The notes under the pieces were generated by a model, which ran no database searches, was not told the DNA's origin, and saw nothing but the letters and a program-made list of their open reading frames with translations. A stretch of DNA of 64,000 nt from Phoronis australis. Its lineage: Eukaryota; Animalia; Phoronida. The stretch's first letter is position 1. Each line of letters starts with the position of its first letter. Below are positions 24,784 to 37,800 of this stretch, one piece after another. The stretch is from positions 981,957 through 1,045,956 of the forward strand of contig NMRA01000072.1 in NCBI GenBank assembly GCA_002633005.1, given 5' to 3'. The position numbers and the translations under genes are program-made.

Positions 24784-27700
24784 ATGGCTTCACAAAGTCA
24801 GTCGTCAAGTAAAAGAAGTGGCTATACTGAAAACTATTTTAGTATAGACGATATCCTGACTTCACAAGAGCGAATATCGTGCACATTTGATCTGCCATGT
24901 TATGGTCTAGGTAAACTGACATCTGTGTTTTTCAACACTGTAACAAAAGTCAACCAGTGTAACACTGTAACATTACCTCATTTTTCTAATAAACAGCGTG
25001 TGTCGTTCTCTGCTAGAGTAATGATTATTGTCCCGTTTTCATGGACGCTAAAGGCCTACGAAATTGAAATGGACCTAAAAGTTCTTGGACTATTTGCATA
25101 TTGCCAGGTGCAAATTTACACCGAAGCTGTCAGGCTGCTGTAAACAATACCACTCTCACTGCCACTGGATCAATAAATAAGTGCGAGTCTGATAAGCACC
25201 AACAGCCAACTATCAGGAAGGGTGGTCCTAGTTCCTTTTGTATGGAGAAAATAAATTACCACATTTAGCAATGAATTCCACATTAACTCTTTGAAGAATG
25301 GTTGGTAATTGTCCTGTGGATCAACCTGCATGATACTGGACAAAGTTTACCGGGGAATGCTTAACAATACATGAGATTGATTTCTGCATTTGAAAGTCTC
25401 TCTCCTCTGTCTGTTTTATGAGAAGTAATTTCCTGGGCTTTAAGTCAGAAATTTAGTCTTTCTCTTTGCACAAACATTTGTGAAAAATAATGAAGTCTTG
25501 CTTAAACAAAAGTGTGAAGTATCTGAGAATATACACATAACTGCTAGTCACCGCGATAATTTCTATAAATTATTTTGAGACTGGTCCATTCATAATTACT
25601 TAGCTTAACCATTTTTCAGCAATTGTGCATGACCAAATTTCTGTCTTAAGTTTTAAGTCACTTTCACGAAACAGACCCCAGAATACTTACTAAACGGGAG
25701 ATGTGTGTGTGTAATGCTGTAGAAACTCTGGATAGTGCATAAAGTCTGCATAAGAGAATGCAAGTACCGTAGGTTCTGTATTTGTTGATGAGGAGACCAT
25801 AGCAAGTTATTTCACATTCAACTTTGGACATATCTGATATGCCTTCATAATATGCTGTATTATGTTCCAGGCTACCTAGACCCTGGCAGTGATAGTAAAG
25901 ACCTGCACAAAGGCATGAAGATGGATCTTCCTTTCTGGTTGGCGCGCTCTTTGTGTAGCAAGAAAAAACACATCGTTGATGTGGAGATCCCTAAGCAGTA
26001 TCGGGAGAGCTATCGCGAGATATTGAGTGCTGACGCTAGTGTTGTAGATCTTCACAAACTGGGGCCACATTATTATACTTTGGGCTTGTTATTGCTTCAG
26101 TTTGACACCCCGGACAGAGTGGATATTGGGAAAGCACTGCTACAGGTTTGCCGTTTTTCTTTTGCATTTTTTAAAGCTTAAAGTAACACGATTTAGACCT
26201 TACCAAGCTACAAAACTGATCTAAGATGAGAAGTGGGTTCCAGGCTTGGAAAAAAGACTGGTCGCTATTGCTCGAGACCATGGTCAACACATGAAATGAG
26301 CTGCTGTGACAAGCCAAGTTGTAGGAGCATGCTTTTTAGCAAAAATGGGCTGTTGCTTTTTTTCATGCCCAGAAATCACATCTAATTTAACTAAGCAACA
26401 ATTTGAGACCAATTTCATAATGTCTTTGTAAATCAGATATTAGTTTTTGTGATGGGTTTTTTGCCACTACGGAAGGTAGGTTTATGGCTGCAAGGGATGG
26501 TGAGTCTGTGGCCACTTTAAGAATTTCTATATGTACATTAGCATTCAACTGCATACTGACATATATAGTCAATACTGTGTGGTTTCGGCACGATTCCACA
26601 ATTGTTCAATTTGAACCACTAGTCTACATATTTGTGTACTTGATTGATTTTATGCGCAACCATATTCATATGTGGGTGCATATTGCCATCATCTCTGTCT
26701 GGTGTCCATGACTGTATCTCCTAAACCCCCAGCAGGATCTTATTAAAATTTGGCAGGTGTGTGTTCCTATGGGTTGACGACAGAGGGAGACTAGTTTCGG
26801 ACATACCCGAATACCGCTATGCCTCCTAGTGGCAATTTTAATTTTTTACGTTTGCCTCTGTATCTTCAAAGTTCCTCAACCGATTTTCATGAAACTTGGA
26901 TCATAGGCATCTATTAATGAGATGACACTATCCTTCGGTTTTCGGATGGATTTTGCGCCGTTTAGTGGCCATTTTTACTATTTCCGAGTCTTTTTTGATG
27001 TCCGCCCCTCCATCAACCAAACCACTCTAAGAATGATTGTGAAAATTGGCATGTATGTTCTTACTATGAAGAGAACGGTTGACAATGTTTTTCCGACGAC
27101 TTTGACTACTGTGGCGACTCCTTGTGGCAGTTTTGTTTTTTGCGCCCATAGCTGTTTCTCCTAAGCCCTCTGCAGGATCTTTATTAAACTTAGCACGTGT
27201 ATTTATAAGAAGTTGATAACAGAAGACAACAAATTTCAGACAGATCCGACAAACACTGTGCCCCCTAGTTGCAATTTCATTTTTTTCTGTTTTCCTCTGT
27301 TTCTCTTGAAGTTCCTTGATGGATTATCATGAAATTTGGTAAATATCTTTCTGTTAAAGTAACCATGTGGCATATTTTGCGCCATCTAGTGGCCATTTGT
27401 ATTGTTTTCTATTTTGCTTTTGGAGTCCGCCCTCTGTCAACCAAACCACTCTTAGGATGATTGATATTTTTTTATTGTGAAGAGGACGGTTGACGATGAT
27501 TTTCCGATTTCGATTACTGTGGCGCCTTCTAGTGGCAGTTATGTTTTTTTTTGCATCCATAGCTATATCTCCTAAGCCCTCTGCAAGATCTTTATTAAAT
27601 TTAAAAAGTGTATTTATCGTACTCATCCGCATTACCGCCCAGGGCGCTTAAATTGAGAATCTAAAAAACAGGGTGGGTGATAAGACGAGCTTGGACGGTT

Positions 27701-28764
27701 AAAATTGAAATTTTTGAAATGTCAGGAGTTGTTGCTTATTGCACGGAGGACCGATTTTACCCTGACGGAGCTACACTGGCGTCCNNNNNNNNNNNNNNNN
27801 NNNNNNNNNNNNNNNNNNNNNNNNNNNNNNNNNNNNNNNNNNNNNNNNNNNNNNNNNNNNNNNNNNNNNNNNNNNNNNNNNNNNNNNNNNNNNNNNNNNN
27901 NNNNNNNNNNNNNNNNNNNNNNNNNNNNNNNNNNNNNNNNNNNNNNNNNNNNNNNNNNNNNNNNNNNNNNNNNNNNNNNNNNNNNNNNNNNNNNNNNNNN
28001 NNNNNGGACGTCAAGCATATCAGTTAAAACAAAGGTCGGGGGATTGAAGTAACGGACTTGACGGCCTTTGCACACAATGCAGTGGCGTTGTGATCCTGAG
28101 TATGATTGGTTTTTATGTACCTCAGTCGCTGCTGGTCATCTTTTAGAACTAAAGTAAAACACTGTTTTATATAGTTTGTATCAACCAATAATTCTCGTAA
28201 CTCGAAACCAGCTAATTAACGTATTGTCAGATGTTGTTTGCAGGTGTTCCAATTTTTTCTGCCACCTTATCCTTATTAGAAAATTTTAGCTTTGATAAAT
28301 AGCGGGAGTAAACTCTACATTGAAATCTTGAAAACGTTAAGAATTGTTACCTTTTCTTCATTGCCCCTAATTTAAGGATCGTGTATGTATTTTCATTCAG
28401 TTTTCAGATACATTATTGGAAAATATCTCAACTAAAAGACGAGCTCACAGTAAAGATAGACTGACAGAACAAGAGTGAGTGAACAGAATCTGTGAATGCA
28501 CCAACATAAAAATCAACTTTTATGTTACAGGCTTTTCAAGACAGATTTCGCAAAATAATGGACTCTTCACAAAACTTGTACAATGAAGACACAACGTCAA
28601 TGACTTCAAAACTTGACGAAATGGAAAGGCATCTGTTTAAGAAAGGTCAGAAGGGGCTGAATGACTTTCAATTGTGGGAAACGAGAGCTACTGAAAAGTT
28701 GAAAACTTCAGAACTGGTTTTGAATCACAGAAAAAGGAAGCGAGCAGCCCTGGACGGAGAGTAA
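24784..28764 (+). CDS. GINS3: GINS complex subunit 3 (PSF3), 3 exons, 211 aa
   Basis: Exons 24784-24910, 25871-26145, 28531-28764 (636 nt, GT-AG, in phase). Conserved motifs ENYFSIDDILTSQERISC, KMDLPFWLARSL, ILSADASVVDLHKLGPHYY, FQDRFRKIMDSSQN, LDEMERHLF and the basic tail RKRKR. Confidence 0.96.
25433..25680. mobile_element. MITE (PIF/Harbinger-like), same family as 42018-42270
   Basis: End AAATTTCTGTCTTAAGTTTTAAGTCACTTTCACGAAACAGACCCC resembles AATTTTTGCCTTAAATTTTAAGTCACTTTCATGAAACGGGCCC at ~42228-42270. Confidence 0.55.
26648..27620 (+). mobile_element. Second copy of the HINE-like family, opposite orientation, in GINS3 intron 2
   Basis: Starts TTTTATGCGC...ATGTGGGTGCATA. Internal subunits are the reverse complement of those at 14.1-15.5 kb; both give the spurious peptide MIVKIGMYVLTMKRTVD. 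The 3' end is not found before the gap. Confidence 0.75.
27785..28005. other. Assembly gap
   Basis: Run of N. Confidence 1.
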
Positions 28765-28777
28765 TAAACATCTGTTT

Positions 28778-28993
28778 GTAGCGGAGTATCAATGTTGAGG
28801 AAGTTATCAACAACTATGAACATTGATTTATTTGTACGTAGCGGAGTATCAATGTTGAGGAAGTTATCAACAACTATGAAAATTACTTTATTTGTACGTA
28901 GTGGAGTATCAATGTTGAGGAAGTTTTCAACAACTATGAACATTAATTTATTTGTACGTAGTGGAGTATCAATGTTGAGAAAATTATCAACAG
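28778..28993. repeat. 60-bp tandem repeat, ~3.6 copies, at the start of the GINS3 3' UTR
   Basis: Unit GTAGCGGAGTATCAATGTTGAGGAAGTTATCAACAACTATGAACATTGATTTATTTGTAC begins 14 nt after the stop. Confidence 0.95.
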
Positions 28994-29264
28994 CTTTGAA
29001 TGATATGTTGTTCATTTTCAATTTTTAAGTTATTTTCCACAAAAGTAGACTGTAAATAGAACTTTTTTCAACTTTAATTCTGAGCATGAGTTCTTGAATC
29101 GGATAAAAAAGAGCCGGGGTCTGGTGCATGTTGTATCAGATGTTCATAGGCCGCTCAGTCCACCTTAATCCAATTATTTATTAATAAACTCAAATAACAC
29201 ATGTAAATGTGTACACAGATTAAGAAAGAGCTGAAGAGCTAGAAATCCAACTTGAGGTCTAGCA

Positions 29265-29315
29265 GTGGGGTCTAGTGGGATTTGAACCTACAGCCCTGTG
29301 AATAGGAACCATACA
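29265..29315 (-). mobile_element. tRNA-derived SINE fragment
   Basis: Pol III B-box GGTTCAAATCCC on the minus strand (gggatttgaacc at ~29277-29288). Confidence 0.45.
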
Positions 29316-31091
29316 TGTGACTGTACTTTTTATGTTATAGAGCTTTCATCTAATATGACGGATTTCATTTGTTTAAGCACAAAAATTTAATGCAAAATAT
29401 GTTAAGAAATAAACTCAATGTGTTCTCACTTTGTGAACATAAAAACAACACGAAAAATTAAGTTTCAATTTTTATTGCTTTTTTCCCAAATCAAACATGA
29501 CACAATGGTACTGCAATCATGAGACGCAGCGTAATTTAAAGGGGAATTTCCTTTCTACGTACCACCAAAGCTTGAACACATAAAATGCAAAAATTAAAAA
29601 TGAAAAACTGGGGTTAATTCACTTAAACCAAGTTGATCTCATAACTTGCCCTGGATACTTATTGCTTTGTGTCATCAACAGGAAGTAACCCAATTTTGGA
29701 AAGGTTGGTCAACACTATCAGAGTATATGGCTTTTTAAAACACTTTCATAATATATTTTTCTTGACAATGCCAAGAGTGATATGTTGGTAACCATTTCAT
29801 ATTTTACTGCGTGATTACTAATGCTTCTCTCCTCTGACTGGCAAAACACGGTTTGATAACTTCCATTATGAGGTAATGTTGACCAAGCTTGCCATGGCAT
29901 CCACAGATAGTGTCCTTATTCAAGACCTGACCACTCATGATTTCTGAAATCACAAACTCCTGACAAGAAAGTGAGCAGACGGTATCAGTACATCAAAGCA
30001 GATAAGACCTTGCCAATCAAACAAGAGGTGGGACAAGAAGTCAAAGCCATTCTGTAATAAGTTTTGCTGTGCCAATACCTGTTGCCAGCATTTTTGCTGT
30101 TAACAGAATTAGCTGTCATGACATGGACACAATATTTTGTTTGATTACTTTTGTCTTCTACAGAGGACCTCCGGCAAACTTGCTCTCTCTCTTAGTCCAG
30201 ATATCACCACCTGGATAAGTCCATATTTTTGTATTACAATATAGAAACGATTAATTTTATGTGGTAGAGTAATCTAACTAAAGATTTGCAATTTAGGTAG
30301 TTGGTAAAAAGGAAAATTCTCTTTAACAGCACAAGACACACAGAAGCCATATTAAAAGGAATGATACTCAGGACGCAATGAACAAAAACAACGTAATATA
30401 ACAATAACAGCACTATAATTTAACCACATTTTAAAACTAAAATATCCGTTCTCCTTGAGTTAAGCTGCCATTTAACAAAATTATGCAATTCATTAATAAA
30501 AAAGTTCTAATAACAACAACCTTTAATCACCTTGCCACGATTTCAATTGTTAACAATCAGCACTCATGACACATCTACATTGTGTGATATTTATGTCATA
30601 CAAGGCTGTGTTCTGTAAGGGTGGTTTCTAGCAAGTTTGGCACACTTCAGCCTGTCTTTGGTTAAATATGAATTCATATCATGCTGATTATAAAAGATGG
30701 TCAATTTGATGTTGGTTTGACCATTTTTCATAGCATCATTCATGGTAGAACTCTTAATCATTGCTCAGTGATAAATCATAAATTATCACAATTGTAGATA
30801 AATCTTGTATGATAAACTATATTGAGCCCTAACATGAATTGTAATGACAAATACATCATATACCACACATAGAAATGCATGTGTAGAGGACAGCCACGCT
30901 CAAGTTTCACCAGCAAATGTATAAACTTTGTGTAAACAAGCAAAATGGTCGCCACTTAAGTAATCATGGGAGAAAACTCAGCATTACAGCGCGCGATACA
31001 GGCTTCAGCTGAATGAAACACCAAACATTACAATGTCAGTTATTACTGCCACTGACTTCTTTGATTAAACTCAAACCGACTTTGTTGTTGA

Positions 31092-31445
31092 TACATGCAT
31101 CCAGGTACATACATCAAGGTACATGCATCAAAGTACATACATCAAGGTACATGCATCCAGGTACATGCATCCAGGTACATGCATCCAGGTACATACATCG
31201 AGGTACATGCATCAAGGTACATACATCCAGGTACATGCATCCAGGTACATATATCAAGGTACATGCATCCAGGTATATGCATCAAGATACATGCATCAAG
31301 GTACATGCATCCAGGCACATACATCAAGGTACATGCATCCAGGTACATACATCAAGGTACATACATCCAGGTACATACAGTAAGGTACATACATCCAGGT
31401 AAATACATTGAGGAACATACATCATGCATGAGGTACATACATCAA
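31092..31445. repeat. 14-bp minisatellite, ~25 copies, downstream of the AACS stop
   Basis: Unit AGGTACAT(G/A)CATC(C/A); it accounts for the repetitive His/Tyr ORFs at 31013-31514. Confidence 0.95.
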
Positions 31446-31882
31446 ATCTTTAGACGTAAGTTGCCACTTGGTAAAAATGATCCTTCCGCAATGCCTTTAT
31501 TACGTTACAACTGACCAGAAAATGTTAAGATATCACAGCATGACTTCAAAAAGATCTAACCAGAACCAAATTTTTCTCTTGGCCCAAAATACAGTAAAAA
31601 TTGCATAAATTGAATAGATCCAGACTGTGAGATTTCATCTCAATTTGGTGAAATCTGACTTTTACCTGAAGTACTGAGTACACAAACAAGAACACGATAC
31701 GACTGAACTTTGTCAGAGTTCAGAGAAAATCAGTCTTACACATGCCCGAGTTTTACTGCATATTGCTATTCAGTAGTTTGTACACATGGTCACAGCTTTT
31801 AAATTAACTAATACCAAAGCAATACAGATATATTCTATTCCAGGAACCATAAACACCCGTTATCTGCAGTCATCTGTGACCC

Positions 31883-34800
31883 TTAAAATCCCTTCAACTC
31901 CTCATAGTTGGAATACAGATCTAAACAGTCAGGATTAGCCAGAGCACCCCGGTGTGTAACACGCTCTCCAGACAAAATCTTCCTGACGGCTACTTCAACT
32001 TTCTTGCCATTCTGTGTGTACTGAAATAGGTCAAAGTTTGTGTTAATTAATCATTGTTGCCTACTGATATGACTCAGTTAACTGTCACCCGCAATAAAAT
32101 GCAAACATTGTATTACGGAAAAATTTCACCAACTCAGGACAATTATATGGTGGACAAGCAAAAGTTTGTTGGCAAGAATTCCTTTACTCTAAAATTGGTG
32201 AAATCAACGTCAAATGTGATTAATTAAGACAAACACCTTCTGTAAACAAGCCGCAGTCTTAACATAAAATCACAATATTAATGCACCCCAAAAGAAAAAC
32301 TCACAATACTCAACTACAAGTACTTGTACAACTTGACTAACCACAAACCAGGCTAGCTCTTGTTTACCAACAAACCTAAATCAAGGTTATGTAGGACCTT
32401 ACAGACAAGTCCGTGTGTCTGTCCAAACATCTAGAAACTATAATAGGTTTTAACTCGGTATTAAATCTAAAATTTGATTCCTGACTCTTTTACCAATCTG
32501 CCATTAATTGGGTCACATGACCATGTCTTTTTAGTAAAATTTAGCAAAAAAGAAAGTAACATCTATTAAAGGATAATGGTCACAATAAAATTTGATATAA
32601 TTGTCCAAGAAAAATTATTTAAAAAGCTGTTACAATTTTCTAAATCATCATTTTGTTTTCATTTGATGCAGTTTTTGATTTTTTCATGAAAATCATAGAA
32701 AGTCCTATTTTTGATAGCCCCTAATGCAAGAATGGAGGATTTTGAAAGCAATTCCCATTTCAGAGGACAGTACTATAGTTTCATGTGAATCCAATAAGCC
32801 ATTTCTGAGTCCACTCACGGGAATGTCAGTAGTCTCCAAGATAAAGGCTGGCACATGCCGGGCTGACAGCTCTGAACGTATGGTCATCTTGATCCTCTTG
32901 ACAACCTCATCGGTCAGCTGGGTGCCTGGCGCCATCTTCAGGAACAGTATCACTCTCTCCTCACTGTGGTCCAGGCTGTGCTGGCCTACACACAGAGCAT
33001 CCTGCACTTCCTTGAACGATTCAACTGAAATGAATTACGGCAAAAATTTTCCAATTCAAGACATGGAAACCTCCGAAAAATTTGAATTTTCTTGATTCTG
33101 GAGTTGGGGACAAAGGCTTTTTGGTGTTCACCATATTTCACAAATTTCTGACAATTTTCATAATTTTTACCATAATTTTGATTTGGCACACATCACACAA
33201 GAATTCATGACAACTAGACATGTATACTCCGTTTACTCAGGTTTGTTTCCAAGGATTACTGCCAAATCAAATGTTATGTCACAGTGTACAGAATACAAAA
33301 CAGCAAGAATGCTTAAAATCTTCAAATGTGTTGATCAGAAAATAACAAAAATGCAATAGAATATCCATATCTAGCATCAAATGGAAATTCTCCACTTATT
33401 TGCCACACTCGCCTCATTTCGCATATTTAAAATTACTCGTAAAAATATTATGTTGTTTCTTTACTTATTTTGCATAAGGTTACTTGTTGGGAATTTCTTA
33501 CCTCACCTAATTTGCGCAGTCACCTTTGCACTTTGGAAAATATCAATGCAAAGCTGCCATTAACTCTAGGAATATACACCTCTTTAAAGGCCAAGGCAAC
33601 CTTTTTCCATGTCATTTTGAGCTAAAATAAGGTTGGTTGGTTTATCCTAGACATATTTTTCAATAATTCCAGCTTTTCGTAATTTTATTAATTATTCGTC
33701 CGCTTTTCCGGAAGTGACGTTTTAGGAGGCAAGCGCTTCCCGCCAATTTCTTTTCACATAGTCTGACTGTGAGAGCTGCCGAGTCAGTCATTGTTCTACC
33801 TCGGTTGTGTTAAGTTCCGTCGTCGTTCGCTTTCATTTACTAGTCAGTCAACATGCCACACTGTTGCTGCNTGATATAATTGTCCAAGAAAAATTCTTTA
33901 AAAAGCTGTTACAATTTTCTAAATCCTCATTTTGTTTTCATTTGATGCAGTTTTTGATTTTTTCATGAAAATCATAGAAAGTCCTATTTTTGATAGCCCC
34001 TAATGCAAAAATGGAGGATTTTGAAAGCAATTCCCATTTCAGAGGACAGTACATAAGTATAGTTTCATGTGAATCCAATAAGCCATTTCTGAGTCCACTC
34101 ACGGGAATGTCAGTAGTCTCCAAGATAAAGGCTGGCACATGCCGGGCTGACAGCTCTGACCGTATGGTCATCTTGATCCTCTTGACAACCTCATCGGTCA
34201 GCTGGGTGCCTGGCGCCATCTTCAGGAACAGTATCACTCTCTCCTCACTGTGGTCCAGACTGTGCTGGCCTACACACAGAGCATCCTGCACCTCCTTGAA
34301 CGATTCAACTGAAATGAATTACGGCAAAAATTCTCCAATTCAAGACATGGAAACCTCCGGAAAAATTGAATTTTCTTGATTCTGTTGTTGGGGACAAAGG
34401 CTTTTTGGTGTTCACCATATTTCACAAATTTCTGACAATTTTGATAATTTTTACCATAATTTCGATTTGGCACACATCACACAAGGATTCATGACAACTA
34501 GACATGTATACTCCGTTTACTCAGGTTTGTTTCCAAGGATTACTGCCAAATCAAATGTTATGTCACTGTGTACAGAATACAAAACAGCATGAATGCTTAA
34601 AATCTTCAAATGTGTTGATCAGAAAATAACAAAAATGCAATAGAATATCCATATCTAGTATCAAATGGAAATTCTCCACTTATTTGCCACACTCGCCTCA
34701 TTTCGCATATTTAAAATTACTCGTAAAAATATTATGTTGTTTCTTTACTTATTTGCACAAGGTTGCTTGTTGGGAATTTCTTACCTCACCTAATTTGCGC

Positions 34801-37800
34801 AGTCACCTTTACACTTTGGAAAATATCAATGCAAAGCTGCCATTAATTCTAGGAATACACACCTCTTTAACTGTGCAATAAGGTCTGAACATTGTATTTT
34901 CACCTCCATTTAATTCATAGTATACTCAACATTTAATTCATTTTATACTCAACATTTAATTCATTTTATACTCAACATTTAATTCATTTTATATTCACCA
35001 TTTAATTCATTGTATTTTCACCATTTAATTAAATTTAAATTCACCATTTAAATCATTGTACATTCACCATTTAATTCATTGTATAATCACCATTTAATTC
35101 ATAGTAAATTCACCATTTAATTCATTCATTTATATGGGATATCTCATAATGAGATGAAAGTGGTTCTAAATGAGTGTTGTGTCACTAGAAGTCACATGCT
35201 CGAAAGAGTTTTTCACCAATGATGGGGTTAAGTACTCTTATTTTGAAACGGCATAAAGTAACTTAAATAGGTCTGGATCACGTTGGCAACCCATAGGCTG
35301 CGTTTCATTAAATTCACACACCGTGACTATCAGTAAAATATATTTAATTCATTTTGTGTGAAATAAGTGGAGAGTTATAACACAAGTTCTGCATAACAAA
35401 AGTCATATAAACTGGATTACTCTCACAATCCTGGAATGTGGCAGACCGATGAAGAAAAAAATTAAAAAGAAAACTCGCTCTTATTTGTAAAATACTTATT
35501 CTCTTTTCATGCACTACCAGACCTCATTTTAGTAATTAAATGATGAACCTTATCATATTACTGACGTAGCGTCCGCATCTCAAAATTTTCATGCTTTCAC
35601 TTACTGAATTACGTTTTTTTAAGATCTTACCTATGTTGTAGATTTCAGCACTACCAAACCTGACACCACTTGGGTTTAAAGTGCCATCACTGCAACAAGG
35701 AATACGAAATAATGTACTAATGCAAAAATACTTTGCAGGTAATCAAACAAAATGATGGATGTCAAATGTTATAATCTGATAAATAAGACAAAATTTTAGG
35801 CAGTGACTAAAAAACAGCATTCCATCAATGGAAACTAACTGTTGATGTACGGTAGTCCACGTACAGCCATGAAGCTGATCTGATCTCAACTTGGTCCTAG
35901 ATGAGATGAGAAGAGACGTGGGTTCTACGCTTGGAAAAGGTAAAATATTGTGACAAAAGATGGGTTTATTACGACTTTAAATAAACAAAATTCAATTTGA
36001 ACTCGCACTTTCACTTTGATGCATATACTTAAACCTGATAAACATCTGTGTCTTCCTTCAAAGAAACTTTTGGTAAAGACAACATACTGCTAAAATAGGT
36101 CACAATTCAATTAAGGATTTCTTGGCTTGGGAAAGCACTGACAGTTAAATGTCACTTGAGATCATAAGCATGAAAAATCCAGCCAGGTCCAGCAACCTTG
36201 TTAAGCCTTATCTCAAGTAATATGAAACTGTAAGTAATTCCCAAGCCCAGGTATCACAGAGGTCAATTCCACATTGTTAAAGGGCTTAAATGTTAATCAA
36301 GTTTCTGTTTGAAGGTGGGTTTATGGAACCTTTAAACAAAAAAAATTTCAGCTGCCATGTTCACTGGTATGCAAAGTCACATTGAAATAGCATTATTCAT
36401 GAGTGTATTTTTACTAAAATGGTATGCGCTAAATTTCATTTTAAGAAGTTTTTAACTAAAATGAAGCACAGGGTCTGTGAAATGCCTCACATACACCCAC
36501 ATACCTTCTACCCAGCATCCAAATGCCGCCAGTGTGAGAACTGAACAGACAAAAGTCTCCATGACTCCAAACACCGGGAAATTTGCTGAAGTAAGCTTTC
36601 TTGTACTTGCTGCCATCTGGGTCATTCCAGAAGTGGGTTGGCATGGAGGGAAACGGTTTAGTACAAACGAGCTCGCCACTCTCACCGACAACAGGGTTAC
36701 CTGTAGGCAGGTGGAGCAAGNCTGTGCAATAAGGTCTGAACATTGTATTTTCACCACTTAATTCATAGTATATTCACCATTTAATTCATCGTAAATTCAC
36801 CGTTTAATTTATTGTATATTCATCATTTAATTCATTGTATATTCACCATTTAAATCATTGTATATTCACCATTTAATTCATTGTATAATCACCATTTAAT
36901 TCATAGTAAATTCACCATTTAATTCATTCATTTATATGGGATATCTCATAATGAGGTGAAAGTGGACCTAAATGAGTGTTGTGTCACTAGAAGTCATATG
37001 CTCGAAAGAGTTTTTCACCAATGATGGGGTAAAGTACTCTTTATTTTGAAACGTCATAAAGTAACTTAAATAGGCCTGGATCACGTTGGCAACCCATAGG
37101 CTACATTACATTAAATTCACACACCGTGACTATAAAAGTATATTTAATTTATTTGCATGACATGAGTGGAGAATTATACCATAAGTTCTGCACAACAAAA
37201 GTCATCTACACTGAATTACTCTCACAATTCTGGAATGTGGCAGACGGATGAAGAAAAAATTAAAAAGAAAACTCGATCTTATTTGTATTCTCTTTTCATG
37301 CACTACCAGACCTCATTTTAGTAATTAAATGATGAACCTTATCATTGGGATAATATTCAAAGAGGCTTCTAGAAAAATGGACTTTTATTTTTCCCAATGT
37401 GTTCGCACTCTAATACTTAATGAATTAAGATCAAGTTTGAGTCTAATACTGGAATAAAGGTTACAAATATTAGCGACATTGCGTGCGCATCTCAAAATTT
37501 TCATGCTTTCACTTAATGAATTAAGTTTTTCAAGATCTTACCTATGTTGTAGATTTCAGCACTACCAAACCTAACACCACTTGGGTTTAAAGTGCCATCA
37601 CTGCAACAAAGAATACGAAATAATGTTCTAATGCAAACATACTTTGTAGGTAATCAAACAAAATGATGGATGTCAAATGTTATAATCTTATAAATATAAA
37701 AAAAATTTTAAGCAGTGACTAAAAAACAGCATTCCATCAATGGAAACTAACTGTTGATGTACGGTAGTCCATGTACAGAAATGAAGCTGATCTGATCTCA

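Noticed and set aside
27677-28075. ORFs spanning N runs (also 45441-46019)
   Set aside because: Artefacts of translating gaps.
31013-31514. His/Tyr/Thr-rich repetitive ORFs
   Set aside because: Translations of a stop-poor 14-bp minisatellite; open in several frames on both strands with no splice or start context.
33872-36720. Mutually exclusive AACS exons or a true internal duplication
   Set aside because: Bounded by single-N joins, encodes identical peptides, and the breakpoints coincide with an unassembled insertion; a haplotype artefact is simpler.
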